DNA of 64,000 nt from Eledone cirrhosa (GCA_964016885.1 OZ024742.1:331204001-331268000), one strand, 5' to 3'. Positions 1 to 14,657 are shown, counted from the first letter of the stretch. Numbers and translations: made by a program. The notes: a model not told the origin generated them from the sequence alone.

Positions 1-52
<52 letters not shown>

Positions 53-1601
53 GTGTTTCTGTGTGTATATGTGTGAGTGTGTATGTATGTGTCTGTGTGT
101 GTGTGCGTGCGTGTGTGTGTTTGTGTGTATTGAGTATAAAGTTATAGTGTTCTGAACTATTTCATGACCTATATCATTAGCATACTCTTCATACTATCCG
201 TCAGGATATAGTGTTTGGCTGTACCACGGAAATATGTTCGACAGGTTATGCTTTAAAGCGGAAATCGCCATATATATTTTCATGAATGTAATATGCATTG
301 TGTTAAATGTAAAGGTAAATATATTATTTCGTCATTAATACGAATGCATTATCTCTTGCAGTTAAAAGGAATTAAAGTCGTGAAGTGGAAAGTATACTTA
401 TGAAGTAGTACGATCACCTATGTTGAAGAAGATTTAATTTCAAATTATCAGACATTTGGAATATCATCGCCCTGTTTAAGTAAATATATTAGAATACTTA
501 ATATCGGTGGACAGGCGATCTCATACCAACATTGTTGCTGTGAATTTATGGCAGAAACTAATTATTAGAGCTTTGAAAGGAAATCTCATGACATCCCATT
601 GAAGGTAAAATGTATTACAATTTCACCAAGGACAATTTATACTTTAAATATTTTCGGAGATGATACAAATAGTATCGCTCAAGGACTAAGGGTTATTTGG
701 TTGATTGATGCCACTTATATTATTCTACTCGTGTTGCTATATGAGAAAAATTTGTTTAGTATTACAGTAATCTTCACATGAAAATAATATATCATATCTA
801 CGACATTATTTTATCGATAGTCCAAAATGAAAGAGACATTAAGGGTGTGTGGAATTTGGTGACCCAGCCTAATGAGAGCTAAATAATTATGTGTTGAATC
901 CATAAAAACAAGAATACTGTCTATATTCAGTAACAGTCGACTATCCGTTGTCGGCTGATTAGCTTTGCCCGTCTTTGGGATTTGAATAATTAGGTGAAAT
1001 TTCAACACAAATGCCGAGACAGATCCTGTAATGCATTTCCTCAAATAATTTATCTCCAGAGACTGACACTTTATTTCATCGAACGTAAATGGGTGCAAGT
1101 CAATGTTGAGCCCGGAAAATATTCAACAAAGAACCGAAGGAAATATTAGGAAAAAATATATGTGTAATACCACTCAAACGAATCATTTTATGTTCCACTT
1201 TACATGAACCTTCATGCACAAGCCATAAAGAGTTTGAGTGGACAGTGTGTTGCAATAATATATGTATTGGGGACTTAAGTTTCGTAGAGCCAAATCATCC
1301 CAACTGAATTTACCAGGAATAGATTGGTGGAAGGAAAGAGAAAACTAGAGAGAGAACAAGAAAGAAAAAGAGAATTAGGCAGTGAGAAAAATATATAATT
1401 AAGAAACATCGAGTACAATATTGATTTGGCGTGATTTGAATTCAAAGCTTAGAGACAGTTAAAATCTCTTCTTTCTCTTCAAGTCACTCAGCTCTTCTCT
1501 ATTAAAGGACTAACTTCCGGTACTTTGGCGATACATCTTTTATCTGTCCCTACGAACATTAATATAATAATACTTTTTGTATTGATCTTCTTTGTTTTTC
1601 A

Positions 1602-1737
<136 letters not shown>

Positions 1738-1899
1738 GAGAGAGAGAGAGAGGTAGATATACAGATACAGATATAGATATAGATAGATAGGAAGTTGATT
1801 GTCTGTGTAAATATGTATTGTATTTGAAGCGCTATCGCGAAAATTACTGCTTTGTTGGCAGGGGTGTGATAGTTTATAGCTACAATAATCATACACAAT

Positions 1900-2050
<151 letters not shown>

Positions 2051-2253
2051 ATATATTGGTTACTAACACACGGTAAATTATAAAGCATTATAAAAAGGGG
2101 AAAAAAACAACTTAAGCCATGAATCTACAGGACACAATGCTTACAACTAATCAATATACACCCTCCTATAACAACATAATGGCTATGAAATATTAACATA
2201 TATATACATATAACAATATATGCGTCAATATATATATGTATGTGCATGACATA

Positions 2254-2369
<116 letters not shown>

Positions 2370-2389
2370 AAATAAATTAAGAGTGAATA

Positions 2390-2429
<40 letters not shown>

Positions 2430-2522
2430 TGTATATGTGTATATATTTAAATATATATATATGTATGTATATATATATAAGTATACACACACGCACAGAC
2501 ACACGCACACACACACACACAC

Positions 2523-2566
<44 letters not shown>

Positions 2567-2849
2567 TAAAAGTGAAACTATATCACATACAATATACTAA
2601 CACTAAAACACCGAAATACGTATAACAATAGGGTAAATAAGATTAAATAGAATTTTGCTGAATTCGAAACATTTAATTCTTTGGTTCTTTTTCTGTTTGA
2701 GTTTTTATTACTTATTTTCACTTCCCCTTATAACGTTATCATTGCTTACAGTTTTTCATTTCTTTGTACTTATTTGACAATTTTTCACACAGAGTTTTAT
2801 TATTATTACTGTTACTGTTATAATATAAATACGCAAGCGCGCCACCACC

Positions 2850-2882
<33 letters not shown>

Positions 2883-2894
2883 ATGTGTGTATAC

Positions 2895-3035
2895 ATACCG
2901 GAGGAGTTGTGGTAAGGAACAATATGGACGATAACGCACCAGAGTACTCAATACTTAGGCTAGTAGAGTTGGAAATAGGAAAAAGTATGACACCGACTGC
3001 AGAGATCAAGCCGTTTTGACGGCTATTTCTGGACA
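2895..3035 (-). mobile_element. PLE 3' terminus fragment (family of 29995-32178)
   Basis: gtggtaaggaac...gagtactcaatactt...gccgttttgacggctatttctggac aligns with 30006-30131. Confidence 0.8.
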
Positions 3036-3276
<241 letters not shown>

Positions 3277-3389
3277 CATATGTGTGTGTATGTATTCGTA
3301 TTTCCCTCTTCTCTCTTTTGTGTGAAATAAACATAAATCAAACATATCTGCCATCTGGAAATAGAGAAAAAATATGTGTTGCTGCTTAT

Positions 3390-3421
<32 letters not shown>

Positions 3422-3474
3422 GTATATATATGTATATATATATATATACATATATATACATATATATATATATT

Positions 3475-3617
<143 letters not shown>

Positions 3618-3797
3618 ATATATATATATATAAATATATATATATATATGTGTGTGTATTTGTGTGTTTGTGTGAGTGTATAACAGAGGGAATAAGAAAA
3701 AATATCTATTTAAAAGAAGCTAGTAAATCAGGAAATAAAAAGCCCCTTACAAATAAACACTGAATAGAAAAACACAAATACAGACTACACAAACAAG

Positions 3798-3931
<134 letters not shown>

Positions 3932-3954
3932 TATATATATATATATATATATGC

Positions 3955-4031
<77 letters not shown>

Positions 4032-4127
4032 TATATATATATAGACATATATATATTTATATATATATACACACATATATATATATATATATACACACAC
4101 ACATATATATGTATATATCTATACACG

Positions 4128-4210
<83 letters not shown>

Positions 4211-4535
4211 AGAGAGAGAGTGATAGAGGTGGAGGGAGAGTGCGTGTGAAAGAAAGAATGGGGAGAAAGACTATAAAATTAGAAATTGTCTGAGACATTT
4301 CAAACTATATGAAGCATTACGAAAATTAACAGTGTGGGGAGATTAGATTTCAATGGGGATTTCATATAATTGACAGTATTGGAAAGGTAAATACCAGCCC
4401 TTCTATCTTGGTCTCTCTCTCTTCCAATTCCTCCCTCACATTCTTTCTCCCTCCCTCTCTCATTCTCTCAGTCTCTCCCTCTCTCTCCGTCTCTCCTGAA
4501 ACATTTCTCTCGCTTTCTCCCGTCTTTCACTTTCT

Positions 4536-4604
<69 letters not shown>

Positions 4605-4657
4605 ATGTGTGTGTGCGTATATGTATATATATATATACATGTGTATTTATATATATA

Positions 4658-5389
4658 TAAATATTAGAATGATCGAGTATCGAAAAATCGGCGCACGAGT
4701 TCACGATAAACAAAATTCGAAATGAGCGGCTGAGGGCTCAATAATTCAGATAAATCAGAGCTATAACTATCGTTAAAATACCGTCACACATAGAACAAGT
4801 CTAAAATCAACCGCACGATAAAAAATCGATAACAGAAGATTCGGGACAATCAGATAAAAAATATCAATAAATTAATAAATTTAAATGAATGTAAAATCTT
4901 ACCCGGACCCACTAGAAAGGTGTTAAATCTAGCTCCTTGGGTTTCTGTAAATCCTTAAACTGTACTCTATCAGCTCACATATAAATATATCAGACTTCTA
5001 GAATTCAGCGGACTGGAAATTTACTTCTTCAACGAGCTTTCGTCCGAACGGATAAGATGGCTAAGACCCAGGCAAAAATACGCACATGGAATTCGGCAAG
5101 GGAGATAACCTCTACATCCGCGAAAACTATTCGAAAAAATGTGGAAATACACATATCGAATAAAAGTGCTCAATAGACATGTTAAAATAAAACAGGAGCT
5201 ATTCATCACTCAATAGAATCGACAAAAAATGAACAATAAAATTAACTGGTGGATAGCTATGTCCAGAGCTAAAAATATTAGAATGATCGAGTATCGAAAA
5301 ATCGGCGCACGAGTTCACGATAAACAAAATTCGAAATGAGCGGCAGAGGGCTCAATAATTCAGATAAATCAGAGCTATAACTATCGTTA
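4658..5389. mobile_element. Small element with ~115-bp direct terminal repeats (pseudo-LTR-like) inside (TA)n
   Basis: aaatattagaatgatcgagtatcg...ctataactatcgtta occurs at 4659-4775 and 5273-5389 with one mismatch seen; both flanks are TA repeats. Confidence 0.7.
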
Positions 5390-5760
5390 TATATATACAT
5401 AATTGTGTCTGTGCATGTATGTATGTCTGTGTGTATAAATCGTATTTCATTGCTCGGTATTATTGATTGATTTTTTGGTTATTTTTCTGCATTTTCATTC
5501 ATACTATTACACACTAAACAACCATTTCCAAATATTTCAACCTGCCCTGTTCACCTTCCCTAAAATAATGTCATCCCTTTCTCTTTGTTTCTATCTTTAA
5601 TTTTCTCTCTTACCCCTCCTCTCTCTCTTTCTCTATGTCTCCCTCTATCTATCTATCTAACTCTTTCTCTCTCTCTCTTTATCCTTCTCTCTCCTCATCT
5701 CCAGCTTGTGTTTAACCCTATTTCCCTCTTTATCCTTCCAGTTTTCTCTTTCCTAGCACT

Positions 5761-5838
<78 letters not shown>

Positions 5839-5961
5839 ATATATATATATAGTAATAATAGTAAATTTGAAGACTAAAATCCAAAGATGGCTCGATAAGG
5901 ATAAATATATATCAAATATATAAGAACCGTAGAGCAAATATTTATTAAAATAACAGATTAA

Positions 5962-6012
5962 AGTTTAAGCAAAGAATCGCTGCTTTCACCCTTAACGGGA
6001 TCTTCTGAAACT
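5962..6012 (-). ncRNA. Type I hammerhead ribozyme, U4A core variant
   Basis: agttt-CAGAAGA-tccc gttaa gggt-GAA-agca gcgattctt tgct-T-aaact; CUU triplet. Confidence 0.65.
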
Positions 6013-6949
6013 AACAAAGTCAATCTGTAAACGCAGAAATGGATATTTCAAAAAACGTTGCAACCGGAGGAAGACAGGAAGACGACACTTTGGTTCTTGG
6101 ATACGTTCGCTGGCAAAGAACGGGAAAAACGAATATAATACGTCATTAATAGGAGCGTTGAAAAACAATTACGCGCAAAGACATAACCACGTTTATGGTA
6201 TAAAAGAGGTCGTAGACTCATGTTCTCTTAGGTGGTTCATAGAGACGTTCTCTGGCAATGAACGAAAAAAACGAAGATAATACGTCATATGTGGGGCGTG
6301 GAGAACAATAGCACGCAAAGATAAAACCACGTAAATGGTATAGCAGAAGTCGTAGACTAAAATTCTAACTAGGAGACCAAATGAATCTTCGCTACATAGT
6401 TAAGAACAAAGTAAATAAATACAATACAGAAGTAATAGAAATAAATAAATACATACGCGCAAACAAATACGTACATACACAAGCATACGCAAAACACTTA
6501 CCATAGGTATACAAAACCACGCACATATAAATATGTGTGTGTAGTATGCGTGTATACAAATAAATAAATAATTATATAAACGTATATAAATAAATAAATA
6601 CGTATATAACAAGCGCACACACATACCTACATGTAAATACACGAATGTACGAAGACGTAAGTCAACCAAAACATGAAGTACATATATACACACACCCTAC
6701 ATACGTACGAACCTGCATACTCACACAGACGCAAAACGCCCGTATACACATAACCAAACCATATGTACCAGAATGTATAAACAAATTATACGCCATAACA
6801 TAAACAATCTAATATACGTACCTGAAGGTATACGTACCTTCACAAAACATACGGGTAATATATACATACCTATGCAAATAAATAATGGTATAAATAAACA
6901 TATACTTAGCTCCCACATCAAGACGTAAAATATCCACGTATAGATCGTA

Positions 6950-8057
6950 CTATCCGTTAGGGTATAAATTGGGGCTGTAATACAGGAAAGTTTTGTGCAA
7001 TTTATGTATACAAGCCGAAAATGCCTCAGATTTTTTGTTTAAGATGTGGTTCGTGGCGAAGAGTATTTCCAGGGCCTCAGCCGCGCAGAGGTCACATGGT
7101 CTTTTATTTCCGTTATACGATCTAGCCCTAGCTAGGATCTCCCAGTGTAACTTATATTGGGTGTGGTTGTCTTTTAGACTCCAGATATAAGCTGAAAGTG
7201 ACGTCATATTCCTTCTTAGAGGGTAACGAAAAGAATGGGTATGCATGTAAAGACGCTGCTTGAATCTATTGGCGGTTAACCCTATGTAGGTACTACGGGA
7301 CGTGGGTGTTACAAACTTACATTTGTAGACAATGTTACTAGAGAGGCATTTTCCGGAAAGGGGGCAATCAACCCAATTCCTACAATTACAGTTAGTACTA
7401 ACTACAGGGCTGCACGTGTTCCTACGGCTAGGTAGTTTAGCTAAATTTGAAGCTGTGATGTTGTGTGCAAGGTTAGGAGTCGTAGAGTAAGACATTTTAG
7501 TAGTATTTCTATTAAAAATGTTACTATATTTATGTGTAGGGGGAAAATGCTTCGTAATAAGGGAAAGAAAGATCTTAGCTAATGGTGTAGCCACCTCCAT
7601 ATTATCTGGTGGGTTATACCAACAAATGCGACGGGATCTATTTCTCCTAGGTCTATTTTCTTACTCTGTATATGCTACCTTATCGACAAATCCACTTCGA
7701 GCAAGAGCTTCCTTGTAATAAGTGGAATGGTCGTTGAAAAAACGCTCGTTGGTGGAAAGACGGGAAAGCCTCAACGAAACGTTTCTTACCAGGTTTTTGG
7801 CTATGCTGGCAGGATGGTTGGAATGCTTACTTATGTAATTAAGCGTATAATTCGGCTTTGTATACGGGTAATACAGCCCATTCAATAGATTGAGGGTAAC
7901 GTCGAGGTAATTAACGATGAGAGATTGGCCTCAACCTGTATAGAGAGGTTGAAGCCTTTAAAGAAGGCTGTGAGTTCTTTTCTGAACCTGTCGCAAGCAC
8001 GAGGTCCGCACTTAGTCATGGTCAAAAGACCATCGTCACGGTACAAACCACCGCCCG
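6950..8057 (-). pseudogene. PLE polyprotein fragment (RT palm/thumb plus GIY-YIG; CxC-x5-C-x5-C linker, Nematis-like)
   Basis: ORFs 7882-8184, 7661-7885 and 6950-7600 are joined by a frameshift near 7913 and a stop at 7661. Confidence 0.9.
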
Positions 8058-9184
8058 CGGGCGGTTGTTTGTAACGTGACGATGGTTTGTACCGTGACGA
8101 TGGTCTTTTGACCATGACTAAGTGCGGGCCTCGTGCTTGCGACAGGTTCAGAAAAGAACTCACAGCCTTCTTTAAAGGCTTCAACCTCTCTATACAGGTG
8201 AGGCCAATCTCTCGGTCGTTAATTACCTCGACGTTACCCTCAATTTATTGAATGGGTTGTATTACACGTATAGAAAGCCGTATGATACGCTTAATTACAT
8301 AAGTAAGCATTCCAACCATCCTGCCAGCATAACCAAGAACCTGGTAAGAAACGTTTCGTTGAGGCTTTCCCGTCTTTCCACCAACGAACGTATTTTCAAC
8401 GAACATTCCACTTATTACAATCAATCTCTTGCTCGAAGTGGATTTGTCGATAAGGTAGCATATACAGAGTACGAAAATAGACCGAGAAGAAATAGATCCT
8501 GTCGCATTTGTTGGTATAACCCACCATATAATATGGAGGTGGCCACACCATTAGCTAAGATCTTTCTTTCCCTTATTACGAAGCATTTTCCCCCGACACA
8601 TAAATATAGTAACATTTTTAATAGAAATACTATTAACATTTCTTACTCTACGACTCGTAACGTTGCACATAACATCACAGCTTCAAATTTTATCTAAACT
8701 ACCTAGCCGTAGGAACACGTGCAGCCCCGTAGTTAGTACTAACTGTAATTGTAGGAATCGGGTTAATTGCCCCCTATCCGGGAAATGCCACTCTAGTAAC
8801 TTTGTCTACAAATGTAAGGTTGTAACACCCACGCCCCGTAGGGCCTACATAGGTTTAACCGCCAATAGATTCAAGCTGCGTCTTTACATGCATACCCATA
8901 CTTTTCGTTACCCTCTAAGAATGAATATGACGTCACTTTCAGCTTATATCTGGATTCTAAAAGACAACCACACCCAATATAAGTTACACTGGGAGATCCT
9001 AGCTAGGGCTAGATCGTATAACGGAAATAAAAGACCATGTGACCTCTGCGCGGCTGAGGCCCTGGAAATACTCTTCGCCACGGACCACATCTTAAACAAA
9101 AAATCTGAGGCAAGTTCGGCTTGTAAACATAAATTGTACAAAACTTCCCTGTATTACAGCCCCACATTATACCCTAACGGATAG
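8058..9184 (+). pseudogene. PLE polyprotein fragment (RT plus GIY-YIG), right-arm copy
   Basis: ORFs 8248-8697 and 8663-9184, with frameshifts near 8200 and 8690 that are absent from the left arm. Confidence 0.9.
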
Positions 9185-10119
9185 TACGATCTATACGTGG
9201 ATATTTTACGTCTTGATGTGGGAGCTAAGTATATATTTTGTTTATACCATTACTTATTTGCATAGGTAAGTATATATTACCCGTATGTTTTGTGAAGGTA
9301 CGTATACCTTCAGGTACGTATATTAGATTGTTTATGTTATGGCGTATAATTTGTTTATACATTCTGGTACATATGGTTTGGTTATGTGTATACGGGCGTT
9401 TTGCATCTGAGTGAGTATGCAGGTTCGTACGTATGTAGGGTGTGTGTATATGTGTACTTCATGTTTTGGTTGATTTACGTCTCCGTACATTCGTGTATTT
9501 GCATGTAGGTATGTGTGTGCGCTTGTTATATACGTATTTATTTATTTATATACGTTTATATAATTATTTATTTATTTGTATACACGAGTACACACACATA
9601 TTTATATGTGCGTGGCTTTGTATACCTATGGTAAGTGTTTTCCGTATGCTTGTGTATGTACGTATTTGTTTGCGTGTATGTATCTATTTATCCCTATTAC
9701 TTCTGTATTGTATTTATTTACTTTGTTCTTAACTCTGTAGCGGAAATTCATTCGGTCTCCTAGTTAGAATTTTAGTCTACGACATCTGCTATACCATTTA
9801 CGTGGTTTTGTCTTGGTGTGTTATTGTTCTCCACGCTCCACATATGACGTATTATCTTCGTTGTTTTCGTTCATTGCCAGAGAACGTCTCTATGAACCAC
9901 CTAAGAGAACATTAGTCTACGACCTCTTTTATACCATACACGTGGTTCTGTCTTTCCGCGTAATTGTTTTTACCGCTCCTATTAATGACGTATTATATTC
10001 GTTTTTTCCCGTTCTTTGCCAGCGAACGTTTCTACGAACCAAAGTATCGTCTTCCTGTCTTGCTCCGGTTGCAACGTTTTTTGAAATATCCATTTCTGCG
10101 TTTACAGATTGACTTTGTT

Positions 10120-10170
10120 AGTTTCAGAAGATCACGTTAAGGGTGAAAGCAGCGATTCTTTGCTTAAACT
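10120..10170 (+). ncRNA. Type I hammerhead ribozyme, U4A core variant (right arm)
   Basis: Same fold as 5962-6012 with one stem II mismatch. Confidence 0.6.
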
Positions 10171-10293
10171 TTAATCTGTTATTTTAATGAATATATATAT
10201 ATATATATATATATGCTAACACACACATACACACTCATACGCAATCGGACATAAATACATACACAAACAGACACACACACACATATATATGTA

Positions 10294-10685
<392 letters not shown>

Positions 10686-11124
10686 TATGTAAGTGTGTGT
10701 GTAATTGTTTGTCACAATTTCTTCTACTTCTTTCACATATTGTATTTGTCTTTTCTCCCTGTGTTTCCGTCATGCACTATGACATTCCTTAACTGAAATT
10801 ACAAACACATAAATCTTCTATAAAATATTGAAACCAATTCAATAGAGACGATAACGTTTTTGATAGAATAAAAGAACCCTCAAATAACAGTGAAAATATG
10901 ATCGTACCAAAAGAAATTATCAACCTTTTAATCCCAAACACTGCTGAAAATAAGTGAACTGGAGTGATTGAGCCGTAGAAAAAAGTCTACACTACTATGA
11001 ATGTTCGCATCCTGTACGCCAAATCTAAAAATGAAAGAATATTTCTGTTCCGTACAAACGAATTGTATGGTATGATACAAATATAAAATTACTATGGCAT
11101 AATATACAGTAATTTGGAAGCAGT

Positions 11125-11630
11125 GAAAAGTCAATTAAATCGACCACAGTGCACTACTGGTAATATATTATCGACCACGTTAGGATTAAACGCAAAGGAA
11201 TTCTCGACGAGATTTGAACTCGCAACCTAAAGGGCCGTAATTCTATGCTGACAATATACAGTAATAATGGTTTCTGATTTAGGCATAACTCCAACAATTT
11301 GGGGGGAGGGAAACGTCGACTAAATCTACTCTAGTGCATTACTGTGTCTTAATTTTATTGACCCTGGAAGGATGCAAGTTAAAGCTAACACCTGCGGGAT
11401 TTGAACTCAGAGCATAAATGACCGTAACTCTATGCTGATAATATACAGTAACAATGATTTCTACTATTGGCACAAGGCCAGCAATTTGGGGGTTGGAGGG
11501 CGAAAGTTGATTAAATCGACACCAGTACATTACTGGTACTTTATTTTATTGACCCCGTAAGAATGAAAGTTAACGCTAATATTGGCGGGAGTTAAACTCA
11601 TAACTTAAATGGCCGTAACTCTATGCTATA
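11125..11630 (-). mobile_element. Cluster of about 3 tandem degenerate tRNA-derived SINE copies
   Basis: Repeated cattactggtac...gaccc...ggatg...gatttgaactc...ggccgtaactctatgct, matching the SINE at 55668-55858. Confidence 0.85.
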
Positions 11631-12174
11631 TAATATAGAGTAATAATGATGATAGTTAATGGGAAGGGGATTCAATCCACTTTGGGTATATCATGAAGAA
11701 AAAGAAAATTAATATTTGCTGGAATCTTACTAGAGAAAGTGAAATGTCATTACATAAAAACGAAACCACATTTACGAAAGGTTTCCAAAGACTCAAAGAT
11801 TCAAAACTCAAATTAAAAGCAAACAAAGCCAAATAATTGAAAATAAATCCGCTCCATTGTCAGTACGATGCGAAAATATCAATATACACTAACTTAGCGG
11901 AGTTATAGTTAACAATGGCTCAAAGTTGTAGACTAAGGGTAGAAACATGAGATCTGATTTTAGTAGTTCGCTACTACTACTACTACTACTACTACTCTAC
12001 TACGTCTTCTTCTTAGAAGTTCGTGTGGGCAGGTCCCTTAAGCACGCTCTCCAGCAAGTACTGTCAAAGGCAACCGTCTTCAATTGATCCGCCTGGAGCC
12101 AAACGTAAACAGTTTTTAGTTTTCCTAAGACGTTCTAACCATAAAACCTGTAGTATCGCAGGTGTGATCTGCCA

Positions 12175-12238
<64 letters not shown>

Positions 12239-12329
12239 TCCATGTCTTGTCTATTTTTCTCTTTCACTTCAGCTGTAGAAACGGCTTCAGATTCTACTCT
12301 AACTTCACATTTTTCCTCCTCTGCAGGTT

Positions 12330-12579
12330 CCCTTAAACGTTCAATAATCCGAGATATTTGTACTTTAGTTAAGCAATCCTTCATCCTAATCATCTTCACT
12401 GGATTAATTAGTTTATTTTCTGACATCGAAAAAACATGTTCTTTTCCATTGAAAGATCCAAAGTACGTCATCCTGTAGATTTTCTCTTTCATGACGTGTA
12501 ATGAGAGTAGGATACTTTTTTTCCGTCCACCTGTAATCTGTTGCTTTATAATGGCTGCTTGGGGCCAGAGCATTTCCAC
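12330..12579 (-). pseudogene. Possible L1/Tx1-type ORF2 C-terminal relic
   Basis: MKEKIYR...KLINPVKMIRMKDCLTK loosely resembles the Tx1 C-terminus at 19893; weak similarity. Confidence 0.3.
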
Positions 12580-12761
12580 GAGGGATCCAAATATGCCGGG
12601 CGAGAGCGATTCACCTTAATTAGTTGTAACGTCATTCACGCCAATAATTATCACATGATTCTAGGAGTGTGGTTTACGCGGTCTTACTTCCCAGGAGTAT
12701 TTTCTTTGAGACATTATCTATATTTTACCTGCCTTGCCTGGTTCACGAGTATATTTACGAT

Positions 12762-12979
12762 GGTTTCTTATATAGGCACAAGACGAACAATTTGGAGGGA
12801 GGGGAAAGTCGATTAAATCGACCCAAGTGCGTGACAGGCAATTTATGTTATCAACCCCGTAAGGATGAAAGGCAAATTAAACCTCGGCGGGATTTGAAAT
12901 CAGATCATAAAGGGCTGTAACTCTTTGCTGCAAAGCATGGTGTCCGACGCTCTACCGATACTGCCAATCCGCTGCCCTT
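12762..12979 (-). mobile_element. tRNA-derived SINE, full length
   Basis: The minus strand has an A-box-like tggcagtatcgg, a B-box-like gatttcaaatcc and the central cctttcatccttacgggg. Confidence 0.9.
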
Positions 12980-13764
12980 AACAAGTATATTTATAATAAT
13001 AATTATTAATATCATGCGCACCATTAAACGAATTATTAAAATTATCATCATTACTATTATGATTATAGTTTCTTTACATGATTCCCGTACTGTGTATATG
13101 GTGTTATTACTATTGCGGCTGTGGTTGGTTTTGTTGTTTCTGCTGCCTGTTTTGCTAGTCATTGTCATCCATATTGTTATTACTGTTATTACTATTGAAT
13201 TACTGTTATTACTAATGAATGTTTTTGTTGTGAATTAATTGTGGGAAATTGTTGGTGGCGGTGAAGGAGTAGTGGGGAGAGTGGTGTTGGAGTTTGTGCG
13301 CCGTTGCTGTTTTTGTGTTTTGTCTAGGTTAACTTTTGTAGGCCTAACAACAGGATATTGTTGTTGTGCGTGTTTTTCTCGACTTTCCACTACACCATAA
13401 TGGCTGGCCATGTAAATAAAGTAGAACAAATAACTATTATTCTATATCAAGAATGTCACGAGCCATTTGTTCTATTTAGAGATGGAGTCAAACAAATGAC
13501 TGATTATAATATATATCTAACATATAATTATCTGTCAGATATATATTAATTGTTTATATTTTAATATCTTAGGTGGTCTTCATATGGCAATGTTTAGAGT
13601 ACATCTAAGGCAGCCAATGATTCGATTATGACTTCAAAATGTTCTTGCTCGACAATCTGCAGATTTCCCACTTCAGCTTTTTTTCGTTCAGTCTTTTTCT
13701 TTTCTTTCTTACTCAAATACGCTGCCATTCTTTTGTGATGCTACATGCAACAATTCCAATATCA

Positions 13765-13766
13765 TA

Positions 13767-13827
<61 letters not shown>

Positions 13828-13890
13828 GCTGCTGCTGCTACTACTACTACTACTACTGCTACTACTACTACTACTGGTAGTAGTAGTAGT
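13765..13890. repeat. (ACT)n/(GCT)n trinucleotide microsatellite
   Basis: Directly visible. Confidence 0.95.
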
Positions 13891-13921
13891 TCTTATTATT
13901 ATCTGAATTGTGATTATTATT

Positions 13922-14104
13922 AGGTGAATTGGTAGTATCGTTAGTGGGTTTGGACGTCATTCTTTCCAGCGTAGTTACGTCAATTTACGATCTGAGTTCA
14001 AATCCCGTCGAGGTTCACTTTGCCTTTCATCATTATGGGATCGATAAAATAAAGTACCAGTAATGGACTGAGTAATTGGTGGCCTTGTACCAAAAGTAGA
14101 AACA
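13922..14104 (+). mobile_element. tRNA-derived SINE
   Basis: gagttcaaatcccgtcgagg...gcctttcatc...gtcgataaaataaagtaccag-like sequence. Confidence 0.88.
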
Positions 14105-14532
14105 CTTTTTTTTTCTTCTTGCTGTTGTTGTCGCTAGTATCGGTGTTAATGCTGTTTCTATGGAAGTGTTGGTGTATATGGTGATGGCAGTAGTATTACT
14201 AGTAGTAGTAGCAGCAGCAGCAGCAGTAGTAGCAGAAGCCTCAGCAACGGCAGAAGGGTGAAAAGCGATGAACAATCTGAAAACGTGGATGAAGATCATG
14301 ATGATAATGGGAATGACAATAATGATGATAAATGAAAAAGAATGAGAAAAATGTCAAAATATGTCTGTTTATAAGAATGTGATGAAGATGGAGAGAAGGG
14401 GAATAACAGAGAATAATACGAAAATAATCAAATGATTGAAGTGGAATTGAAAGAATAATAGTTTTCTACTTCATCCGTTCAATTACAGTTATCTCTCAAT
14501 CTCAAACTTCTCTCCGACATATTTATAAGTTA

Positions 14533-14582
<50 letters not shown>

Positions 14583-14617
14583 AATATATATATATATATT
14601 ATATATATATATATATA

Positions 14618-14657
<40 letters not shown>

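Larger units (their letters stand above)
5851..8057 (-). mobile_element. PLE, left arm of a 4.3-kb palindrome (RT C-terminal half, GIY-YIG, 3' UTR)
   Basis: The minus-strand ORFs give GGLYRDDG, SNHP, WYNPP, CNC-x5-CPLSGKC, IVYKC...YIGLT...FKQR...H, CDLCAAE and LNKKSE. Confidence 0.95.
8058..10191 (+). mobile_element. PLE, right arm of the 4.3-kb palindrome
   Basis: Inverted copy of 5939-8057, roughly 94-95% identical by eye; ends in (TA)n. Confidence 0.95.

Noticed and set aside
811-1098. Possible Tc1/mariner transposase remnant (WSPNS..LN-like)
   Set aside because: It needs several frameshifts and no TIRs were found; too weak.
1815-1850. gcg-ctat-cgc GAAA ATTA hammerhead-like fragment
   Set aside because: No acceptable core or stem I.
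5851-10191. Palindromes as foldback-read or assembly artefacts
   Set aside because: The arms carry independent substitutions, indels, different end points and in one case a SINE insertion. The identical-arm cases (24745, 40804) still merit a read-level check.
11125-11630. Regularly spaced repeats resembling a CRISPR-like array
   Set aside because: They are tandem degenerate SINE copies in a eukaryotic context, with no cas genes.
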